A program made the position numbers and the translations under genes. Under the pieces are notes generated by a model. That model was not told the DNA's origin and ran no database searches. It was given only the letters and a program-made list of their open reading frames with translations. From IMG/VR virus record IMGVR_UViG_3300022217_000003, positions 32,001 to 96,000 of that record: a stretch of DNA of 64,000 bases, one strand, 5' to 3'. Numbering within the stretch: the first letter of the stretch is position 1; the number at the start of each line of letters is the position of its first letter. Positions 8,346 through 16,748 of the stretch are shown piece by piece. This stretch comes from a virus. Lineage: Duplodnaviria; Caudoviricetes.

Positions 8346-9688
8346 AGATTACCTCCCTCCTTAATTAATTTATTCATCATGTCATACGCATAAGATAACG
8401 CATCTTCTTGACATTCAAATTCTTCATTAAGCTGCATATCCATTACTTCTTTCAAAACCTTCCCGAAACTAGGACACGCCTTAAACCCCATATTGGCAAG
8501 ATCCCTCCCCATGACAAAGGGCTTGGGCAATTTAGATTTTTCTTCTACTTCTTCTCTGAATTTAACCAGTTTCTCTTTCATATAATCATATTTATCCAAT
8601 CCGCCATGAGAAGCCAGACAATCCGCCCTGTGCAATTCCATAAGATCCTCAAAGTGCGGACTTGCCATTAGTCTTTTTAGCTTGGACTTTTTCATCTCTT
8701 TAACAAACCTTGTCCGCATATGATTAGCCACGAGAAATACTATCTTATCTTTCTGGTCATTAGACAATTTAAACCTATCGCATATTTCCCCTGCCATTTT
8801 TGCCCCTACTTCATCATGTCCATTAAATCTTATCCTATCTTCAAATGTCTGGGTAGGGGGTTTGCCTATATCGTGTAATAATGTTGCAAATAATAATTCA
8901 GATGATGGACTTCTGTCTTTCAATGCGTCCAATGATAATATGATATGTTCTTCAAGGTATATTTCGGGATGAAATTCTTCTGGTTGTTTTATCTCAAATA
9001 TATTATCAGCTTCTGGCAATATATGATATAATAATTTACTGTCACGTAAGGTATGTAAGAGTTTTCTGGGATTATGCAATTCTAACATTTTAAATATTTC
9101 CTGTATTATTCTTTCATTAGAAACATTAGATATTAAATTTGAATATTTTTTTACAGTCTCCCAGTTACCAGACTCCATACCAAGATTATACTTTACTAAA
9201 AATCTAATCGCACGCAACATACGTAATTGGTCTTCATTTATTCTATCTGATGCATTCCCAACAAACCTTAATGTCTTGCAATACAAATCCCCTTTTCCAT
9301 CAAAAAAATCTATAACCATATCTTCTATAGGGTCATAAAACATAGCATTGATAGTAAAGTCCCTTCTTTTCGCATCTTCTTCCATAGATGTAAATTCAAC
9401 ACTATCTGGTCTTCTCCCATCACTATAATCCCCATCAGAGCGAAATGTGGCTACCTCAAAGCTATCCTCGCCATCTATTACTATTATAACCCCAAATGAT
9501 TTCCCTACAGGTATGGTCTTGTCAAATAGCTTTTCCACCTCATCAGGTGTGGCAGATGTTGCTATATCTATATCGTTATAATCTATTTCCAACAACATAT
9601 CCCTTACACACCCACCTGCGAATACTGCTTCATGTCCATTGTCTTTTAGTTTCCTTACTATCTCTACTGCTTTTTCTAACATATCCAT
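8315..9688 (-). CDS. cca: CCA tRNA nucleotidyltransferase / poly(A) polymerase family enzyme with HD domain
   Basis: GGCVRD, DIDIAT, EVATFR, DAKRRDFTINA, EDQLRMLRAIRF and LLHDIGKP motifs. Start placed at ATG 9688 because ATG 9706 lies inside the promoter. Confidence 0.93.
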   Translation of the reverse strand: MDMLEKAVEIVRKLKDNGHEAVFAGGCVRDMLLEIDYNDIDIATSATPDEVEKLFDKTIPVGKSFGVIIVIDGEDSFEVATFRSDGDYSDGRRPDSVEFTSMEEDAKRRDFTINAMFYDPIEDMVIDFFDGKGDLYCKTLRFVGNASDRINEDQLRMLRAIRFLVKYNLGMESGNWETVKKYSNLISNVSNERIIQEIFKMLELHNPRKLLHTLRDSKLLYHILPEADNIFEIKQPEEFHPEIYLEEHIILSLDALKDRSPSSELLFATLLHDIGKPPTQTFEDRIRFNGHDEVGAKMAGEICDRFKLSNDQKDKIVFLVANHMRTRFVKEMKKSKLKRLMASPHFEDLMELHRADCLASHGGLDKYDYMKEKLVKFREEVEEKSKLPKPFVMGRDLANMGFKACPSFGKVLKEVMDMQLNEEFECQEDALSYAYDMMNKLIKEGGNLCIAEKMKST

Positions 9689-9694
9689 ATTATA

Positions 9695-9723
9695 ATTATA
9701 CTCCATAAATCAATTTTTGTCAA
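9695..9723 (-). promoter_or_regulatory. Consensus sigma70 promoter
   Basis: TTGACA-17 nt-TATAAT. Confidence 0.85.
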
Positions 9724-10338
9724 GTGTTTTTTTATCCTTGCTTTGCAAATAAAATATTAACCAAAGGGGGTTCCATCTACCTAGATTAATTGGTATACCA
9801 CAAAACCACCACTCAACACCTGCTCCCCCACCAACTTCCCATAATTCATATGTCCAAAAAAGAAATCTGCCCCTACTTTTCGTAAAATTGCAAATTATTA
9901 CATTCATATTCCTTTATCCTTATATATTCTTTAGCCTTCTCCCAAAATATTTCTATTTTATCCCTATGCCTATTTCTCTTATCTATATGCAGCCATTCAT
10001 GGTTAAATTTACTATCAATATTACGTAACCAATCCACGCATGCGCCCACTAGTTTATACTTTTTAGTAAACGGGCATCCTTCACAGATCTTTTCCCCATG
10101 ACAATATTCTTTACACATAAGCCACCTATTAAATATTTGATGGTGTACCGATTTTACTATTTTGTTATTATTAAACACAGTAAACCTTGTTTCTATATCA
10201 TTGTAATATAATTCTGGAATAATTATATTCAAATCATCAAGTTTTTGAAACCAACTATCTCGGCTACCTGACCCATAAAACCTATGAATCCCCCATCTAT
10301 GATCCCATCCATATCTTTTAAGTGTTCCTTTATCCATA

Positions 10339-11754
10339 TTATATAAGTCCGCTTTCTAATATTAATTTACCTACTACTGCGACACATTGAGGTACAACAG
10401 CATTTCCCAGGCATTTTAGCCTATTAACCCTATTCTTCTTTTCTGTTGTCAATCTTGGTATATCATCTGGCTCTTTATGCCATCCATCAAATTCTCCTGT
10501 TTCTTTATCTATATCTGTCCAATATCTAGGGTAGCCCATTAGCCAACCCACCCAATCAGGATTTAAATTGCCCTGACCTTTATTTTTAACTTTATCAGGC
10601 AAACTATTATTTTCATTTCTACCACTTGCCTTTAATGTTTCAGATTTTCTTGCACCTTTATAATCTCTTGTGGTAGGAGTTGGGAACATTTTCTGTTTTT
10701 CCTTACCTTCTTTTTCAAGAATTCCAGATAACATACCCGGTTCTCCATTTTTACGAACTTGCCCTTTCCAATCTCCAGCTATAGGGGTAGGGAATTTCCT
10801 TTTCTCTTCTATACAACCAACCGCATCTTTTAACTTAACGCCCCACCTCACACCATCTTTATTAACCCTGCTAAAATTGCCGTCTTTTAATTCTACATTC
10901 TTTACTACCCCGCCTTCTGTATCTGATACCCTTGGGGTAGGAAACATCTTAACCGTATCTGCTAAATTAAGACTATGGCTATTATCCCCATCCTTTGTTT
11001 TCCTTCTTCCATTTTCATTTAATTCTAATTCAGGATGTTCTATTTCTTGAGTTGTTGGTGTTGGGAACATCTTAATAGTCTTGCTTAACCCTGCCCCCTT
11101 GCCTGTATTGGGATTTATACCACTTCTTTCCGTGGCTGTAGGAGTAGGAAACATTTTAACCGCTGCTTTGAGACCTATCCCCCTCTTGTTTGTTTCTCTC
11201 ATTTTCTTTATGGCTGATGGGCTTCTGCCCGTTGAACTTGCTTCTGGAGTTGGGAACATTTGATTAACTTCTTTATAAGGAGGTCTTTTAGAACTATGGT
11301 ATTTAGCCTGTATAAAATCACCCATTGTCATCATTGAGCTAGTGGGCGTTGGCCACATTTCTTTGGGGTATCCCCACTTCGTTGCTTGCTCTTCCCATTT
11401 ATCTATGGGTATATTATTAGATTCCAATCTTGCTTCAACCACAGCCTTACACATTTCGGGATTTACCTGCTCTCTTAAATTGCCTGGCTTAGATCTATTT
11501 TTCCTTGCCCCATTTGTTATCATTTTTTTCATTGCATCTTTACTTCTCATTCCCATGTGATCCATTGTATTGGGGGTAGCAAACAATCCACACTCTTTCC
11601 CTTTTATGCCAAGCCCCAACTTCTCAGTAGAATAAATTATACCATTTTTTAATTGCCCATATTTAGGGAATATATCAAATATTATATCAAACAATGTAAA
11701 GGACTTTATAATTGTATTTTTATTTTTTATTTCAGCTATTTGATTTTTTTTCAC
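10339..11754 (-). CDS. C5-cytosine DNA methyltransferase, C-terminal part (PTP-repeat variable region plus motifs IX-X)
   Basis: Eight (F/W)(P/A)TP-started repeats, then LNPDWVGWLMGYP..WT and RLKCLGNAVVPQ. Confidence 0.85.
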   Translation of the reverse strand: MKKNQIAEIKNKNTIIKSFTLFDIIFDIFPKYGQLKNGIIYSTEKLGLGIKGKECGLFATPNTMDHMGMRSKDAMKKMITNGARKNRSKPGNLREQVNPEMCKAVVEARLESNNIPIDKWEEQATKWGYPKEMWPTPTSSMMTMGDFIQAKYHSSKRPPYKEVNQMFPTPEASSTGRSPSAIKKMRETNKRGIGLKAAVKMFPTPTATERSGINPNTGKGAGLSKTIKMFPTPTTQEIEHPELELNENGRRKTKDGDNSHSLNLADTVKMFPTPRVSDTEGGVVKNVELKDGNFSRVNKDGVRWGVKLKDAVGCIEEKRKFPTPIAGDWKGQVRKNGEPGMLSGILEKEGKEKQKMFPTPTTRDYKGARKSETLKASGRNENNSLPDKVKNKGQGNLNPDWVGWLMGYPRYWTDIDKETGEFDGWHKEPDDIPRLTTEKKNRVNRLKCLGNAVVPQCVAVVGKLILESGLI

Positions 11755-12562
11755 AATATATTACCCACTCTTCCATAGTTTTATTGCTTTTCTGCCTATT
11801 GCACGAAAAGTGTGCTACTCCCAAATTATCATAGGCATTATCTCCCCCTCTTGATACGGGCTGTATATGTTCTATTGTGTCACTACTATCAACTATGGGT
11901 TCATTACACAATATACATGTTAATTGCCCATACTTTTTAATATTATCTTTTTTTATATTTCTTATAGTCCTCGCTGATAATTCTGAAACACTACACCTCC
12001 TTCTTATATGAGAAGCTTTATTAACTTCTTTACCCCGAGGAGTTTGTAGATACTCTTTAGCGTATCTCTTCCTTTCTTCTATATTATTTAAATAATATAT
12101 CTTTGCTTTCTTTAATATTTCATCTCTATTTTTATCATACCATATCCTTCTTTTTTCTTTTATTTCCTCTTTTTTTTCTTCTCTATAGCATTTCATTATT
12201 TTCTTCCCTTGCTCACTATTTCTATATACCCTTTGCTTCATATTTATTTTTTTCTTATTTTCATCATAATATTTCTTTTGCCTGAGAGAAATTCTCTCTT
12301 TATTCTTTTGATAATATCTTTTTTGAGACTTTTTACCATTTTTTGTTTGCCTATATTCTTTCTGCTTTTTATAAATTTCCTCTTTATTATCTTGGTAATA
12401 TTTTTTCTTTTGAATAGAATATGCATCTTTATTTTCAATGTATCTTAATTTAGAAAGCTCACTTTTTCTTTTTTTTACATGTGGCTGTTGCTCATAATGT
12501 TTCTCACAAAAACCATGCGCATAATGTGTTAATTCACAATCTTGCATTTTACATATCTTCAT
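11732..12562 (-). CDS. HNH homing endonuclease inserted between the two methyltransferase halves
   Basis: N-terminal C..C....HGFCEKHY zinc motif; K/R/Y-rich helical repeats; C-terminal CILC...TIEHIQPVSRGG.N..DNL..AHFSCNRQK. Confidence 0.9.
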   Translation of the reverse strand: MKICKMQDCELTHYAHGFCEKHYEQQPHVKKRKSELSKLRYIENKDAYSIQKKKYYQDNKEEIYKKQKEYRQTKNGKKSQKRYYQKNKERISLRQKKYYDENKKKINMKQRVYRNSEQGKKIMKCYREEKKEEIKEKRRIWYDKNRDEILKKAKIYYLNNIEERKRYAKEYLQTPRGKEVNKASHIRRRCSVSELSARTIRNIKKDNIKKYGQLTCILCNEPIVDSSDTIEHIQPVSRGGDNAYDNLGVAHFSCNRQKSNKTMEEWVIYCEKKSNS

Positions 12563-12566
12563 ATAA

Positions 12567-13088
12567 TTACCTAAATATATCGCCTAAAAAATCATTTTTA
12601 TAGGCAATAATCCATATTCTTTCGCGTTTATGCCAAGCTCCAACATCAGAAGCACTAATAATTTGCCATTCACAACTATATCCCATTGAATTAATTTCAA
12701 GGATAACCGTTTCCATCCATTTGCCATTTTCCCCAGATAAAAGATTTCTAACATTTTCAAGAAATAATAGCTTGGGCTTACATATATTTGCTATCCTTAT
12801 TATTTCAAAAAACAAGCCACTTCTTTCTGCATTGATACCTTTTTGCTTTCCTGCCACCGAAATATCTTGGCATGGGAATCCCGCCGTAATGATATCAACA
12901 TCCATTATATCTTTTGGATTTATTTTAGTAATATCCCCCAATGGTATTGCATCAGGATAATTTTTTGCATATACTTTATTTGCATATTTATCTATATCTG
13001 AATAATATACTTTGTCAAATTTAAACCCTGCCATTTCTAATCCATGGTGGAATCCTGAAATGCCCGAAAAAAGATCTAGTAATATCAA
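12567..13088 (-). CDS. C5-cytosine DNA methyltransferase, N-terminal catalytic part (motifs I-VIII)
   Basis: LDLFSGISG, GDI, AGFPCQD (catalytic Cys), LENV, HKRERIWI. Confidence 0.93.
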   Translation of the reverse strand: MILLDLFSGISGFHHGLEMAGFKFDKVYYSDIDKYANKVYAKNYPDAIPLGDITKINPKDIMDVDIITAGFPCQDISVAGKQKGINAERSGLFFEIIRIANICKPKLLFLENVRNLLSGENGKWMETVILEINSMGYSCEWQIISASDVGAWHKRERIWIIAYKNDFLGDIFR

Positions 13089-13343
13089 TTTATATACTAA
13101 TCCCCCATAGCATCCTTTATAGCCCTAATTAATTGATACGCTTTGTTTTTAGGTATCCCTATGATATTGCAACCATCATCTTGTATTATGGTAATTAAAT
13201 CGGAATCATCTTCTAACTCTATTTCAATATCACCATATTTTTTCAATTCAATGGTAGTTTTATGATTTAAATCGTTTTTGAGAATCTGCAATTCATTTTC
13301 CATATTTTCTATTCTTTTAATTAATTCTTTTTTGTTTTTCATA

Positions 13344-14033
13344 TTAATCTTCCCTCACATAAACATACTGTTCAATATAATTTCTATCCTTAGAAAATAT
13401 TGGTATTTCTTTATCCAGTCCATTATCTTTGGTTATGCAAAATCCTCTTTTTCTAATTATTGGATAATCATTAAAATTAATACCATGCGCTTGAAATAAC
13501 ATTTCCTGCACATCATTACATGTTTTTTGATGCATCTGTTTATGGCTGAAATATTCCCTTCCGGCCATTTGGATCGCATTTCGTGTAGCATCTAATTGTC
13601 TCCATAAAAAATAATTGCATACCTCATCTTGTGGTATGGAAAATACCCTGCTGTCAAAAGATACATTTTTACCAAATACCCTTGAGAATACAGAGCTCGC
13701 CAATGAAGCAGATATACTAATCATCTTGCGGGCATCATAATCAAACCACCCATCTGTATTTATAGTTTTATAATCAGTAAGAAGAAAACTGACCTCATCT
13801 GATTGGGAATAACATATATTACACCCCTGCATATCCGCCATAACAGTCTTTGCGACTTCTATCATCTGCTCTACGAATTCCATACACCAATTTTTACCAA
13901 ACCTTTTTCTGGTTATTGTATGAAAAGCCCTACCATCTATTCTAAGGATAACAGGTATTCTTTTAGGTAATACATATTCCGCCACCCTCTCATATTTCTT
14001 CATCCTCTTGCCTATATCTAAGTGTTCTGACAT
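13344..14033 (-). CDS. thg1: tRNA(His) guanylyltransferase / Thg1-like 3'-5' polymerase
   Basis: RMKKYE, RIDGRAFH, YSQSDE, FDSR, YFLWRQLDA.RN motifs. Confidence 0.93.
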   Translation of the reverse strand: MSEHLDIGKRMKKYERVAEYVLPKRIPVILRIDGRAFHTITRKRFGKNWCMEFVEQMIEVAKTVMADMQGCNICYSQSDEVSFLLTDYKTINTDGWFDYDARKMISISASLASSVFSRVFGKNVSFDSRVFSIPQDEVCNYFLWRQLDATRNAIQMAGREYFSHKQMHQKTCNDVQEMLFQAHGINFNDYPIIRKRGFCITKDNGLDKEIPIFSKDRNYIEQYVYVRED

Positions 14034-14273
14034 ATTTCCCTCTTTTTTTATATTATATCTATAATCTCTATACCTAATGCCTTATCTAATTGTTCACCCC
14101 ATGAAATAGCCTTCTTGCGACTAACCAAAATAGAAAATTCGCCTTTTCTTTCTTTATATTCCATACAAAATCGATCTCCATCATAATAATACGCTGCAAC
14201 ACATTCAGAGTCAACTCTGCAATTTTCCTTCTTAAATCTCAAAATCATATATAACCATCCTTCATATAATAAT

Positions 14274-14419
14274 AAGGCACGGGTGCTTGATTTCACACAA
14301 CATTATCGCATTGTTTTAAGAAGATTGAGCACCAATTAAAACAGATTGATGTATGGAAAATTGAGCTTCTATGAGAGGCTTCCATATAGCAATGTCAGGG
14401 TATCACCCCACCGTGTCTT
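14274..14419 (-). ncRNA. Candidate structured RNA with a tRNA-like multiway junction
   Basis: AAGACACGG/CCGTGCCTT closing stem; GGG-TGATA-CCC; GACATT/AATGTT enclosing TATGGAA/TTCCATA and TGTTTTAA/TTAAAACA; GTG-TGAAATCAAG-CAC. Confidence 0.5.
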
Positions 14420-14428
14420 TTATTGTTT

Positions 14429-14938
14429 TTAATGTAACGGAAATGGCGAAACCACTATTTCCGGTTCAATATAAACTGGCTTTGCCTTTCCTTTTGCATC
14501 AATCATCATTAACCATGTTGCACTTAGTCCATCCGGTACAAATATACCGTTAGGTTCAGGTTGAGGTAAACTACCATAACCATTATTATATCCGCCCTCA
14601 TATACAACTTTTTCAGGATTGCTAAATTGAGCAGAATACGGAATTCCATATCCAATACATTTTCCTATAAAAACAAGCTTTCCTTGATAATCACTTTTAA
14701 TATAAGCATAACATACCAAATCTGCCCTATCTCTAATTTCCAATAGCATTTTAACAAGTTTTCTTTCTTGAAAATTTTTAATTGCCGGCATGCCTATTTG
14801 ATCATTAGCCTCTACCATTGCTTTTTCTGTTGCTTCTGCCTGTTGTTTATCAGCTTGGTTATTAACTTCTTCAAATTCACAGGCCATAAAAGAAATAGAG
14901 AGAAGCACAACAAATAAAATAATAAATATTCTTTTCAT
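14429..14938 (-). CDS. Conserved phage lipoprotein
   Basis: Signal peptide ending FMAC; LPQPEPNG motif. Confidence 0.7.
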   Translation of the reverse strand: MKRIFIILFVVLLSISFMACEFEEVNNQADKQQAEATEKAMVEANDQIGMPAIKNFQERKLVKMLLEIRDRADLVCYAYIKSDYQGKLVFIGKCIGYGIPYSAQFSNPEKVVYEGGYNNGYGSLPQPEPNGIFVPDGLSATWLMMIDAKGKAKPVYIEPEIVVSPFPLH

Positions 14939-14948
14939 TTTTAACTCC

Positions 14949-15272
14949 TTAATACTTGTACTTAATTTCTGATAGAAATTGTTTTAATTCACTTGGCAAT
15001 TTGTTTTCGTCATATTCAGCAAATGTATGGCGTATAGTAAATGCCAGCGCTTTCTTGTCCTGATCACTTTCTGCTGTCATATATTCATGCCTATATTTAA
15101 TAAGCTCCTGCAATTTAGCTTCATTATATGATCGTGTCTCAAGAAATACCTTGCGCCTTACGGCTTGTCTTTTAGGCGAAATAAACCCTTCCCATAACAA
15201 AGAACTGTAATCAAGTAGAAGAACCAATCCTATACACACTGCAACCAATGCAATAACTCCCAATACTTTCAT
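14949..15272 (-). CDS. Membrane-anchored hypothetical protein
   Basis: N-terminal hydrophobic helix; SD present. Confidence 0.65.
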   Translation of the reverse strand: MKVLGVIALVAVCIGLVLLLDYSSLLWEGFISPKRQAVRRKVFLETRSYNEAKLQELIKYRHEYMTAESDQDKKALAFTIRHTFAEYDENKLPSELKQFLSEIKYKY

Positions 15273-15294
15273 TTACCTTTCTCCTTTCTTAGTT

Positions 15295-16020
15295 TTATTT
15301 ATTTAACGGACAATCCGTTTTATAAAAATTACATCTATCGCAAAATTTATTTCTTGTTGCGGGTAAATCATTTGCATTTTGTATGTTCTTTATTTTATCG
15401 AATAACATTGTTTTTGATTTTTCAAATTCCATCACTGGCGAATCTATTATATTCCCACTTCTCAAATAGTGAATTCTAAACTGGTGCTCTTCATACTGCG
15501 GATATTTCATTTGAATTAAATACGAATATATAATATACTGCAGGTCTTTTTCAAAATTTTCAATATTGGTTTCCCACTTATCTGTTTTCCAATCGGTTGC
15601 CCTTATAATTTTAGGATAATCAATTATGTCTATTCTATCAAATCTGCCAGATATATTTGTCTTCAACTCAGATACCCCCACCCTGGCAATGGTCTCAATA
15701 CTTGAAGCGGTATCTACATTTATATTAATACCTGACAATATTTGCCTGCCCTCTAATAACTGATCTTCTTTATACTTTTTCATTATAGTAGACCATATAG
15801 TATTAATAAAATTATTAAGGGCCAACTTATCTTCTTTCATTTCTTTTTTAATCAAGTGTATTTGATATTGTTTTAATACCTCATGGCAAAATGTCCCCAA
15901 GTCGCCCTCATACCCATAGTCATATTCAACTTTATCTATATAAAGTTTCCCAAACTTCCATGGGCATTCATTATAACAACTCATATTAGAATAATTGTAT
16001 GTATTATTTAGTAGCTGCAT
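15295..16020 (-). CDS. Cas4/RecB-like PD-(D/E)XK exonuclease
   Basis: CP near the N terminus, GTFCH, GRFDRID...DWKT, Q..IY, C-terminal CDRC......CP. Confidence 0.85.
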   Translation of the reverse strand: MQLLNNTYNYSNMSCYNECPWKFGKLYIDKVEYDYGYEGDLGTFCHEVLKQYQIHLIKKEMKEDKLALNNFINTIWSTIMKKYKEDQLLEGRQILSGININVDTASSIETIARVGVSELKTNISGRFDRIDIIDYPKIIRATDWKTDKWETNIENFEKDLQYIIYSYLIQMKYPQYEEHQFRIHYLRSGNIIDSPVMEFEKSKTMLFDKIKNIQNANDLPATRNKFCDRCNFYKTDCPLNK

Positions 16021-16590
16021 TTATTCCTCTTCTTCCTCATTCATTTCACTTTGTAGAATATGCATAACAGATGCATGCAATTCAGAAAATTTATACTTTT
16101 TATATAATTTTATTGGGTAATATTTACCGGAGGGGCTTTCTTTTACTTCACCGCCAAAATAAAACCTTTCTTTTTTAGAAAGGGGGAAATGGTTAAACCC
16201 GGTATATACCTCAAGTATCTTCTTATCCAGATCGATAACATACGCAAATTCACAAAACAAAGAATCTTTCGCAAAATCTAATGAATTTTTTAAAAATTTA
16301 ATATCTCTTTCTTGAACCGACCTCAGAATATTTGCGCCCATATTCCTATATAGGTGGGGATAAAATTCATCCCAATCTTCGGAATGTTCCCTGTTTATAT
16401 TATCAATATCCTCGTGAGTAATCCACCTCAGCTTCCTTAATTTTTTTTTGAACATCTTAATATCCATCTCATTAAGAATAAAATCCAAAACCGTTTGTCC
16501 CTGACCATCTGGATATCCATCCCATTGCCCATATTGAGCAATTTTATATTCCTTATCCAACACAACGCATATTAAATTTCTTGTACCCAT
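16021..16590 (-). CDS. Conserved phage hypothetical protein (MGTR...QYGQWDGYP)
   Basis: ORF track; recurrent phage motifs WDGYP and CEFAYVIDLD. Confidence 0.7.
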   Translation of the reverse strand: MGTRNLICVVLDKEYKIAQYGQWDGYPDGQGQTVLDFILNEMDIKMFKKKLRKLRWITHEDIDNINREHSEDWDEFYPHLYRNMGANILRSVQERDIKFLKNSLDFAKDSLFCEFAYVIDLDKKILEVYTGFNHFPLSKKERFYFGGEVKESPSGKYYPIKLYKKYKFSELHASVMHILQSEMNEEEEE

Positions 16591-16748
16591 ATCTAACCCT
16601 CCGCCAATATAACATCAGGGGGATAATCTATTCCCCACTGTATATGGTTTATAGTTTATGGTTTACTATAAACCAATAGAGATAGAAAACATCCCCCGAT
16701 GTTACAGAAATTTTATTTTCCTTCTATACGTTTTCGTATAGAGGTATA

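Noticed and set aside
11732-12566. Group I intron around the HNH gene
   Set aside because: Only 4 nt of spacer on one side and a gene overlap on the other; no P/Q/R/S core recognised.
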